The position numbers and the translations under genes were made by a program. This document shows positions 29,548 to 39,369 of a stretch of 64,000 nucleotides of DNA, piece by piece. Position 1 is the stretch's first letter. Each line of letters starts with the position of its first letter. The stretch lies in contig CM060734.1 of NCBI GenBank assembly GCA_030704615.1, forward strand, positions 12,896,001 to 12,960,000, in the 5' to 3' direction. Source of the stretch: Takakia lepidozioides. Its lineage: Eukaryota; Plantae; Bryophyta. The notes below the pieces were generated by a model. The model searched no databases. It was not told the origin of the DNA and saw only the letters and a list, made by a program, of their open reading frames with translations.

Positions 29548-32199
29548 ATGGATTCCTTATCATCTGGTCTCAAAATCTTCCTCTGTCACAAAACGTCGAG
29601 GGTTATAGTTGTAACTGACAACTGCCTGAATGTGACTGGTGAAGGTCAGTGTCATGGACGTTCATTGACCTCATCAACAATTAGTGTGATAATCACTACA
29701 TTTGAGAATGGCTATGGGACGATGCAACTGTCATATCCTCATATAGATGCAGACACATTAACTGAGGCTCTTGGGACACCTGTCATGTGGGATTTGTGTG
29801 ATATCTCTTTGGACTATCCTACCTCTAGTCCAGAATGTCCTTTCTCGTCCGAAGATGGAGATGGATCAGAAGAATCCGTGGATGGAGAAAATCCTCAGAG
29901 CCCTCTTGGAAGGAGTAATTGGAGAAATCGTATGTGTATCCTCTTAACGGAAAACGACGGTGACATCTACGAGGGAAGAATACACGCATGCATTCCGGAT
30001 GAGGTGGTACTTTGTGACAAACTCGGGGAGGACCATGTCGGTGTTCTCATTACCAGGGTGCTAGTAGGAGGATGTGGATCTCTCATGTCCATTGTCAAGT
30101 AGCCTTTTATTAGAACAAAATTCTTGCAAAATGGAAGGTTGCTTTCGGAATATTTACAAAATTTCTACAGCTCCGAGATGGCTAGTGAACCAGAGGATGA
30201 CGAGTGTGGTATAAGGAAGGCTCCTTACAGGCATTTTCGTAGATCCAAAAGAAGTGTTGCTTTGGATGAATCGAGGAAATCAAAAAAATTACTCTCAGAA
30301 AAGTCTGTGAGAGAGGTCAGTAGCAAACCATGTTATCAGCTTCGGTGTTGTCAATTTTTTAATTGGAAGAAGACGCTTGCTCTTCGTACCACATTTTGGG
30401 GATCCACCTTCGACAATAGACGAGAGCTGGGATTTGACATTCCGCGGAGACTACACAGAGTCGAGGGGTCAACTCGTCGAGCATACATTACTATTGAGGG
30501 AGTGGATATTTGCGAGAAGGCGTGGTGGACAATTCATGGAAATGGCAGGTCAACTTATATGGAGTACAAAACTAGACTCAGCAAAGAAGGGGTTATCTCT
30601 TCTCTGCATGGAAATTGTGGAATGAATCGACCCCGCCCAGAGACTGTTCAGGCTGAGGGGAACATATTGTTTATCATTAACGGGAACAATGATTTCATGC
30701 CACATAAGACGAGATGTATTGGTGATGGGCGCCGAGATACACTCCGTGTACTACCTCCAGAGATTAATTGGAAACGAGTTCGAGATGAGTCCAACGAGAT
30801 GAATATTCTTTCTCATCTACTTCTTCTTTTGGACCTCTTGGTTGAGCAAATAATTTTTTTACATCGATCGATCAATAGTTTTTATTTATCTACTACCTGT
30901 ATCAGGCTGATGGACGTACGCTCAATATTGGTTGGATTTTTGGCCAGCAGATCCCAACTTCGTTATAAGATCTTTGGCTAGAATTTTGAGACAATTGGAG
31001 AAAACAACATGTCGTGAATCAAGGGTCATTTTCGACAACCCCATGCAAACTGATTTCTTTGAAGTCATAATAAGAGGAAAATCCAGGTGTTTGGATGTTT
31101 GGAAGTCTTGTTCTGAAAAGGATAAGAAATGAGCGCTTCCATTACCACGAAGATTGTATCTACAAATGGACAATTGTGTCAAAGACAACAGGAACAGGTG
31201 GATGTTGGTGTTCTTATCACTGCTTACTGCAAGAGGGGTGTTCGAAGAAATTCAACTTTGTTTCCTTATGGTCAGCCACACGCATGAGGACATTGATGCT
31301 TATTTTAGTTACCTTTCAAAGAAATTGAAAAAGAACAACACATATGTTTTTTCCGATCTCATGAAAAATTTCATGGTATCTCAAGACCTACAGTTCATTG
31401 CACAAATAATTCAAGTTCCAGACTTCAAGGATTTTGTCGACAACTTTATTTTGGAGGGGAAGGAGGCTTTGGTTGGAGCTACGGAAATGCATATTTTTCG
31501 GTTTTTTGTTGATTTGGATGGCTGGCCTCTAATGCAATACAAAAAATCTGCAACAGATTCGGATTGGCTTCCCAAAAATAACAATGTCAAAATGTAGAAA
31601 GCAAAAGACGATGGTTCTCCAATGCTTCCAGTTGGATAGCCGAAACCGCTCCGTAAGAGACCTATTTGGGGAGATGGTGATGAAGCATTGGAGAAACAAT
31701 CTTGCATCAAGTCCGGTATTAAAAAATACATGGATTTTTGGAAAAAAAATGAACGTTCTTGGATGATCAATATGGAAATATCATGAAACAATATGATCAA
31801 TATTGGGCGGATATTCTTGAAGAACTTGACCTTCCGTTGGAGGAGCCAAATGACGAACTTATCGAAGGATTTTGGCCAGCAACAAAATGGGTCGAGCACC
31901 ACAGGAGAGATGGTGTTCATAGACAGTCTCAAGACGCATTGTCCAATAATGAAGATATTGTGGAACCGTATTGTGGGCCGAGATGTGACCGTCCAAAAAT
32001 ACCGTTAAATCCATTCAAGGATATTGAGAGAGGATTCTTTGTCCTTGTTCGCCTAAATGATACGGAGACTTTTCCTATTTGGATGGGAATGACAATATCG
32101 GATGTTGTACGAGATAGAGAAGATCGCAATTATAAAAAGCTTTTTGTGGAGTGGTGGAGACCGAAGAAAGGGGGCAATCCTACGGATGCAGATAGATAA
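29548..32199 (+). pseudogene. Sola1-like (GHTHEDID-type) DDE transposase with N-terminal Tnp1/En/Spm-like domains; internally deleted
   Basis: Cys-rich CYQLRCCQ...ICEKAWWTIHG...HGNCG, then WPADPNF...LPRRLYLQMDNCVKDNRNRWML...FEEIQLCFLMVSHTHEDIDAYFSYLSKKL. The segment expected to hold the first catalytic Asp appears to be missing around 30800-30900. Several stops. Confidence 0.78.
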
Positions 32200-32478
32200 A
32201 ACCGTCTACTCCCCACAGATCTACAAGAAAGATACGATCTATACTTCCAACCAAACACCATGACGTTTGTTCACAATTACCGCCATATTCTCGACCACTT
32301 CACCCTTTTTTTTCCCCAATCCTCACCCGTCGACAATACACCTACTCAGCACATCAATACTTTTGGACTTCCCCCCCTGTCGTTATCCCGCACTTTCCAA
32401 AGCCCTTCTAAAACTCAAAACCTTCCCTTCCTAGTGAGGTAGTGCATTTCAAACCTCCAGTTGCATCTGTCACTTCAA

Positions 32479-33132
32479 CACTACAGTTGTCGACTCCACT
32501 TGCAAGTCGTGAAGGCAACCAGCAGACAACTCACTGCGCCACGTGCTGTGGCCTCAGGCCTGCATGTGGCGAGACTCGGGAAGCCACGCGTGTCCTTGAA
32601 GGTAACCGCTAGTCCGGTTGCTACTACGAGTCCAGCACTCCGAGACGTAGTTCACAACTTCGCAGTCTGACCGTGCAGTCGTTGAAATGACTTGCTAGTT
32701 ATTTTTGAACTAGTGGTTAGTGCTCGTGTAGTACGAGATCGTAACTATTCAGCAGCGTGAAGCAACGCGGCTACGGCGCGTGTCCTGCCTCCAAGAGAAC
32801 ATGTGGAGTTTTCACACCGAGCCACACGGCTGTATTCCCGGCGGTGCACACGGTGGAGAAGTTGGAACCCCCCGGTCAAAGTCCACTGTGGTCAAGGTCC
32901 AAGATTCAGTCAACGCCGCGCGTGACGACGTCACGTGGCCACACCTTAAAAATTACCCTGCAGTCGGCGTCACGACTGACTGGAACGACTCCGACTACGT
33001 AATGACCGGAACGACTGGGCTGTCCGATAGGTCTTGTCCTTTCGGACTCGTAGTCGCCCAGTCGTTTTTTGACTGAAACGACTGGGTTTTCAGTCATTTT
33101 TTGAGTCGTTATTTCAACGATTTCTTGTAGTG
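32479..33132. mobile_element. CACTA terminal fragment or short non-autonomous element
   Basis: Right end TTTCTTGTAGTG at 33121-33132 (reverse complement CACTACAAGAAA), with CGACTG/CAGTCG subterminal repeats. CACTACA at 32479 is a possible left end, but the 3-bp flanks differ (CAA vs CAC). Confidence 0.6.
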
Positions 33133-34520
33133 CACCATACCAGCCCTTATGTTTGCAGATGACTTCGCAGGCATAGGGGAGACTCCTTCCAATCTCCAGG
33201 AGTTGATTGATTGCGCGAAGAGATACTTTGACCTTTGGGGGCTAGAGGCTAACGTCAGTAAATGTGCAAGGGTGACATTCAACAACTGAGAAGAGGGAGA
33301 AAGTGATCTCAAGTGGTAGTGGGGTAGCCAAGAGATTCCGGTCCTCCCTTCCCACACATACCTAGGCATTGAGTTTTCCTCCAATTGTAATTGGGATGCA
33401 CATATTCAAAAAGTTGTTCAAACTGGCAAGCGCAAAGCGTTGGGTCTCACTAAATTTTCCACTGCAGAAGGATCAACTATGAGGTCAAGAAAACCATGCT
33501 TTGTCGAGTTATTAGACCTGCCTTGGACTACGCATCTGCAATATGGGTTGAAAACTCCAACCAGGCTATGTCTCTAGAATCCATTCAAGTGGGGGTGCTT
33601 AAGGACTGCATGTCAGCATGCTCCATAACAGCTAATGTGGCTGTTTGGGGTGAGTTTGGCATCCCTTCCTTAAGCTCCCGACGAGATGAATTCAAGGTCA
33701 GATGGTGGGGTCAACTGCAACATATGTTCAACACCAGATATCCTAAGTTAATCGACTCTATATCTTGGAAATAGGACCGCCCTATCAAACAGGCTAAGTC
33801 CTGGCAGAAGAGAGTATAAGAGATTCTCAAGGATCTGAATCTGGACCCGCAAATCTTGACCCTGCTGGATAAATCTGAATTAGAGGCTGTAGTGGCCAAA
33901 GCCATGTCTGTTGCCAAGAAATTGTCTGATGAAAATGAAGTTAAAGGCAGAAAACTTCCCTGAATTTGTTTCCACTCTGTGACATGGGGGAGGCCATCAT
34001 GGATGACCTCAAGGGTCTACCCACTATCAGCACTAGACTGAAATTTAAACTCAGAGCTGGAAGCCTATATTTGAATAGCAAACAGAAGCAGAGAGGAAAG
34101 GGAGAGTGCAATTGCCCGTTGTGTGGGCAACCGAAGACAATATTCATTTTTTATTCACTGTCCGGGGTATTCTCACCAAAGAGACGCTCTCCTCAAATCT
34201 ATCAAGGGAATTGTGCCGAAACCTCTGTTTACCAACTTTGAAAGTCTTGAGGCTGAGCCAAAAGCCCAGGTCCTTCTGGGGCCTAGTTATTCGGCAAACC
34301 ATACACAACAAATTGATGATTGTGTGAAGGGATTTCTAGAGGATATCTAGAAAACCCGGATCAATGTTTTATTTCAAGGTAAGTTTTACTACTGATGTCA
34401 ACCCCTGACAGAGGTAGGTTCTGTCCCTTTGCGTTCTGCTCAAACTGGGCGCGGGGTCAATGGCCACAAAGCTACGGCAAACAACGTCTTGTGAGTACAT
34501 TCTCTCTCTTACACACACAT
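33133..34520 (+). mobile_element. 5'-truncated LINE (RTEX/L2-like): RT C-terminus, CCHC finger, 3' UTR and (CA)n tail
   Basis: MFADDFAG...LEANVSKC...HTYLGIEF...IRPALDYASAIW...CPLCGQ...HFL.HC. The 3' end CAATGGCCACAAAGCTACGGC...GAGTAC is followed by a (CT)n(CA)n tail. Confidence 0.9.
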
Positions 34521-34526
34521 ACATTG

Positions 34527-34644
34527 TGGTGCAGTCATACAAATCTACTACACCAGATCCCATCAGTACTCTGGAAATTAAGCGCCTTTGGACCAGAATA
34601 GTACTAGGATGGTTGACCTCTACGGAAGTCTCGGTGCTGTACCC
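34527..34644 (+). rRNA. Full-length, diverged 5S rRNA-derived copy (pseudogene or SINE head)
   Basis: GGTGCAGTCATAC...CTACTACACCAGATCCCATCAGTACTCTG...TTAAGCGCCTTTGGACCAGAATAGTACTAGGATGGTTGACCTC...GGAAGTCTCGGTGCTGTACCC; 118 nt, collinear with bryophyte-type 5S rRNA but with multiple substitutions. Confidence 0.92.
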
Positions 34645-34720
34645 TTCATGGACCCTTTAGCCACAAGGTTGTGGTAAACGTCTTATGAGTACGTTCTGAC
34701 AGACAGACACACATACACAC
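34527..34720 (+). mobile_element. SINE3-like retroposon (5S head + LINE-derived 3' tail + CA tail)
   Basis: The 5S copy is followed by GCCACAAGGTTGTGGTAAACGTCTTATGAGTAC, homologous to the LINE 3' end, and then a CA-rich tail. CATTGTG occurs on both sides. Confidence 0.6.
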
Positions 34721-34726
34721 ATTGTG

Positions 34727-36050
34727 TATATCAAGGTAAGTCCCAGTACCGGAGTGAGCCCCTCACAAAGGTAGTGTCTGTTCACTTCAAACTGGGGTCG
34801 GGCTCTATTGCCACAAGGCTATGGTTAACAACGTCTTATGAGTACATTCTCTCTCTCACACACAAACACATTCTTATCACGGAGCGACCCTCTTTAGGAC
34901 CATCAAGACCATAGTCCATGCACCTTTGTTCATCAACTTTCAAAATTTCGAGGTTGAGCCCAAAGCCTTGCCAATTGCTGGGCAGCACACACAGCAGATT
35001 GATGCGTGAAGGGCTTTCTAGAGGAATTCTGGAAAACCCGAACTAATTGTTTATATCAAGGTAAATCCCACCACTAGAGTGAGCCCTATTTCCACTACCG
35101 TGCTCCGCCTTCGACTCGGTTTGCCTCATCCTTCGGCATTGGGCCTTCAGCAGTGCGTCTATCGTAAGCCCATCAATGACCTTGCCATCCAGCTCCTCCG
35201 CTACCTAAGCGATGGCGAGCGCGCTGCGTCTCATGATGTGGTTCGCGACGCGGTGGCATCTATTGCTCGGGAGGTTGGGTATCATGTATTGCGTGAGCAA
35301 TCTCATCTACAGCCCACGCTCACGTCCCACTTTACACGTCGCCATGTCGACATCGTTCTAGAGATGGTTTGCGTACTCTTGCGGATGTCGTTCTCGCCGA
35401 CCCTACTAGAGCGGATCTGCTACCTCGCGCAGCTACCACACTGGGCACGGCAGCCGTTGTTGCAGCTCAGGCCAAGGAGCGCGACTACAGAGATTCACCC
35501 CACCGACAGATTTCTTCCGCTGGCGGTCAAGATATTTGGCTCCTTGCACAAGCACTTCGACGATTTCCTTCAGACATGTGCACATCATGCGGCGCAGAGC
35601 GGGTCCACTGGCATTTCGCATGCCTCCGTCCTTGTGGGATACTATTGACAACTTGTTTTAGTGGCTCTGCAGAGAGCACAAACCATATCTATTTTGCATC
35701 GGGCTGATGTGGCTAGCTCCGCGTCATCTCATCTTCCGCCTATGCCTAACACTTTGCCTATCCCTTTGCCGATCTCCTCCAGGTTGTTGGTTGGGTGGGT
35801 CGTTCTGGTTGAGTAGCTTACTATAGCTTTTGTTTTCTTCCTCCAACTTCTTTGTTCCTCCCCCTCTTTTGGGAACTTCTCATCCTATGTACGTTTACCC
35901 ATTGTATATGTTGTAAATAAAGTCTTACATGGTTTCATCATCACAAAGGTAGTGTCTGTTCCCTCTTTTTCCGATCAAATGCGGGGTCTATGGGCACAAG
36001 GCTACGGCAAACAACATTTTTGAGTACGTTCTCACGCGCACACACAAACC
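34727..36050 (+). mobile_element. Two further head-to-tail LINE 3'-end copies (34727-34870; 34873-36050, the latter split by an insertion)
   Basis: Both carry TCAAGGTAA...GAGTGAGCCC(C)TCACAAAGGTAGTGTCTGTT...CACAAGGCTA(C/T)GG...GAGTAC plus a CA tail. Confidence 0.85.
35087..35940 (+). mobile_element. 3' end of a CRE/R2-like non-LTR retrotransposon with restriction-like endonuclease
   Basis: LRLRLGLPHP...GERAASHDVVRD...RRHVDIVL / RTLADVVLADPT...AAQAKERDY / FLPLAVKIFG, ending in a CATCA tail. It interrupts the host LINE tail exactly between GAGTGAGCCC and TCACAAAGG. Confidence 0.8.
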
Positions 36051-36971
36051 ATGTAAATTACAGTAAGAAATTTGGGGGGAGTCCTCTAGACAAATTTATA
36101 CGGATGTCGTGAAGAAGAGCTGCCAGCTCCACCTACAAATCCCCAACAAACCTGCCTCATTCAGCGTACTTTTCTTCGCTTCAAACACCCCACATTGACA
36201 AATTCTTTGCTACCGACAAACCCAGTGAGAATATAAGTGCTCTTGTTTAATTCGTATAAAGCAATAGGTACTCACTATTTCCAGGCCCGCGTGACGAAGA
36301 CATTCCTTGTTCGCCAAGGAGAGGGCCAGGTCATGCACACGGAATGCATGGAAGGGATCGTGGGCACTCGCTGCACCAACGCCTCCGCTGCTCCGACCGC
36401 CTCCGCCATCTCATCTTCTCTCTCTCTCTCTCGTTCTGCAAGAGAACTTGGTATAGATGAATGAAGAATATCACCATCCACAAGGAGCCCGCTGTGTAGA
36501 CTCTCAAGAGAAAACCCTAATCCTGCCAAAGTGCTGCTGGAAGCGACGATGAAACACTTGCTCTCAATCCCATTGCTTGTAAAATCTGGAGAGGATTGAG
36601 CCTTCTTTCTATCTGAAATTGAGGTTTTTGTGGGTGTCCTTTCGTGGGTGGGTAGGAGGGTGCCCATGTTCCTGAAATTTGTGTAGACTGCTCAGCGTGG
36701 GCCTTCGAAGCCAAGGCAGTAACATGATGCAAAATGGGGGCGGGCATGGTGTTACCTTCTTTCTTGTGGGGACGTTTTGGGTGTCCCCGTAAGCTCTCAA
36801 ACAGGATACGAGGTGTGGGTCAGAATTGGTGATGGAAGGGGTCATTTATGCTAAACACACATTACAGGGGAGGGTTGTTTCGGAATACATCAGTTGCATC
36901 TTGCAACGCTGCTTCGACAACAGTTCTTCGCTTCGGCAATCTGAGGTGACAAGGATTCCATCCTGCTGAGA

Positions 36972-37013
<42 letters not shown>

Positions 37014-37101
37014 TCATAGGCTTTCGCAATAGGCATATTGTGGACAGCTGTTTCCAGGAAAACCTTTTTTTTTCGTTCTTTTGGGCCCTGTAGAGGATTT
37101 C

Positions 37102-39369
37102 ATGGAGAACCAAGTCGCGTTCGGAGCTCTGGCTGCATCGGCTGCAGCAGTCAATGTGGCCCTACAGTTCGTATCAGGAGTCGTGAGCTTAACGAGGAAC
37201 CCTGCGTCAGATACCAGCATTCACACTCGAATAAGGAAACGGAGACATGAAGAAGACAATTCCTCCTTCATACCTGCAGTAATTGGCGCACAGGCTGATG
37301 AGGAGGCAGTGGCACGCCTGTTGGATTGGATCAACAAGCCACTCAACTGGTGGGATCACTTTGTAGCTTCCAAGGATCCCGATCCCAAGAGATGGACCAC
37401 TAATTTCAGGGTCCCGAAGGCGACATTTGACTACATATGCTCTTTAGTGAAGCCAGATCTGGAGTCAGGAACTCCACTGAATTTCATGGGAATTGAGGGA
37501 CGGTTCATACCTGTCGACAAGCAGGTGGGGATTGCCCTGCGCCGGCTTGCCTCTGGTGATGCACACACTATGGTTGGGGAGCTTTTTGGGGTTGGAACCT
37601 CCACTGTGTGCAAGATCACATGGAAGTTTGTGAGGTCAATGGAGAAGAGAGCTATGCTCCACATGCACTGGCCCAGAGGTGAGGAGATGGAAAGGGTGAA
37701 GGATGGATTCAGAAAGCTGCAGGGGCTGCCCAATTGCTGTGGTGCAATTGATGTGACGCACATTGTTATGGAACTCCAGGTATTGTATGGCCTCTCTGTC
37801 TCTCCTCCCTGGAATGAAAACAGGGTTTGCCCACAAGACTATGCAAAAACTGTAGGCAGCAATTCTCTTTAGCATAATTTTTTGTGGTTTTCAAAAACTT
37901 ACAAAGTGAGAGAGGACATACTAATACTGAACTAAAGCCTATCTATGTTATTCAACCTCTGTAGTGCTATGTCCCACTTGCAAACAATTTTAAACCAGCA
38001 AAGTTTCATGGAAATGGAAGTGGAAAGTCTACATCCTTTGTTAACTAGAATATCCCATAGAGGTACTTGAAAATAAATACGTTATTTGACTCTGAAAAGC
38101 CTGAAGACCCAATGGGCAGTGAGTGTTGTTGTGTCTTACTCCTTAAGTAGCCGGATTTGAGCAAGAGCTAAATTTTCTGTCTCTCCTAAAACTCAATGGT
38201 TTCCAGACTGCTAAATCTGTGCAGGTTGGAGATTCGTCAGTCGATTGGTTTGACCGGGAGGGCAACTACAGTATGGTGGTGCAAGCAATTGTTGACAGTG
38301 AAATGCGGTTTCGGGATGTCTTTACGGGGCTCCCCGGATCGGTAACCGATTCACGCGCTTTGCGGACCTCAGGCTTCCACCGACGCTGTGAGAATGGGGA
38401 GATTCTCAACGGCTCAGTCCAATCAGTGCATGTAAATCCCCTGAAACTGTCATGTACCAAGCTCTCTTTCCCAGTAAACCTTGTCATGCGATCAAATCAG
38501 GTTCCTTGTGTTAGTGCTAAGAGAGTGTCTGGCTATCGGCTACCCAAGTAGTAAACTTGTGAAGAAAGGACAATTCATAAAGGTCAAGGAAAACTATTTC
38601 TTTGCTTCATGATCAGACCATCCAGAGTAATGTAGGTGGTGGTAGAGAGAGGGAGAATATACTCATAAGATGTTGTTAGCCGTCCCTTGGGCGGAACAAG
38701 GGAGAGAATGTGCTCATAAGAGAGAGATCATGAATGCTTGCTTTGGAATGGCTATTATAATTGATTGTGACCTAACTGAATCCTTGCTTTTTTGGATTTG
38801 TGTAGGGTCCACCTTTGAGAGAGTACGTAGTTGGAGATGAGGCATATCCATTACTTCCGTGGCTTATGACTCCCTATGCCCCAGGTGTGTCAGGCCTGCT
38901 GACCGTCCAGGACGCTTTTAACTTCAAACACGTATACACACGTTCAGTCATAGATCGTGCATTTGGGAGGTTGAAGGGAGCTTGGCGGATATTGCACCAC
39001 ACATTGTGGCGCCCGGACCTCAAGAAACTTCCTCACTTGATTCTCTGTTGCTGCCTACTCCATAATATAATGATTGACAGAGGAGACAATCTGGAGGATG
39101 GGGTTGCGCTTATTGGCCATCATGATGAAAGCTACAGGTCTGTTGTTCTCTGGCTTTTGTATTTGAAAAGGATACAAGAATTCTTTCTTGGTCTGAGGGG
39201 ATGTGCCTCACAGCAACTGCCAAGGGGTAGTAAGTTGTTTTGAGGAGCCAGAGCATGCTGTACTGTCTCAAATTCTATTTGTCTGTTATGGTACTCATGA
39301 TGTATGTCACTGGGATCAAACCATCTGGTCAGACAAGAAGCACAGGCAGCTGGCTTAAAGACTAATTAG
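37102..39369 (+). CDS. Harbinger transposase-derived ALP1/HARBI1-like nuclease gene (4 exons)
   Basis: In-phase GT-AG exons 37102-37779, 38225-38431 and 38806-39137, plus a probable last exon from 39333. Motifs: FRVPKATFDYIC, VGIALRRLASG, LPNCCGAIDVTHI, YSMVVQAIVD, GDEAYPLLPWLMTPY, IDRAFGRLKGAWRIL, CCLLHN. No disablement in exons 1-3; the last exon is uncertain. Confidence 0.9.

Larger units (their letters stand above)
16230..32200. mobile_element. Large Sola1-like DDE transposon with divergent cargo genes (boundaries approximate)
   Basis: The transposase is on + (29548-32199) and the cargo on - (16655-25011). A 22-bp palindrome AC(C/G)TCGACA-N4-TGTCGA(G/C)GT occurs about 13 times between 17475 and 29531 and was not seen in the Helitron ORF. 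TIRs were not identified. Confidence 0.55.

Noticed and set aside
34527-34644. Functional 5S rRNA gene
   Set aside because: Single copy with many substitutions, no oligo-T terminator, and embedded between LINE tails.
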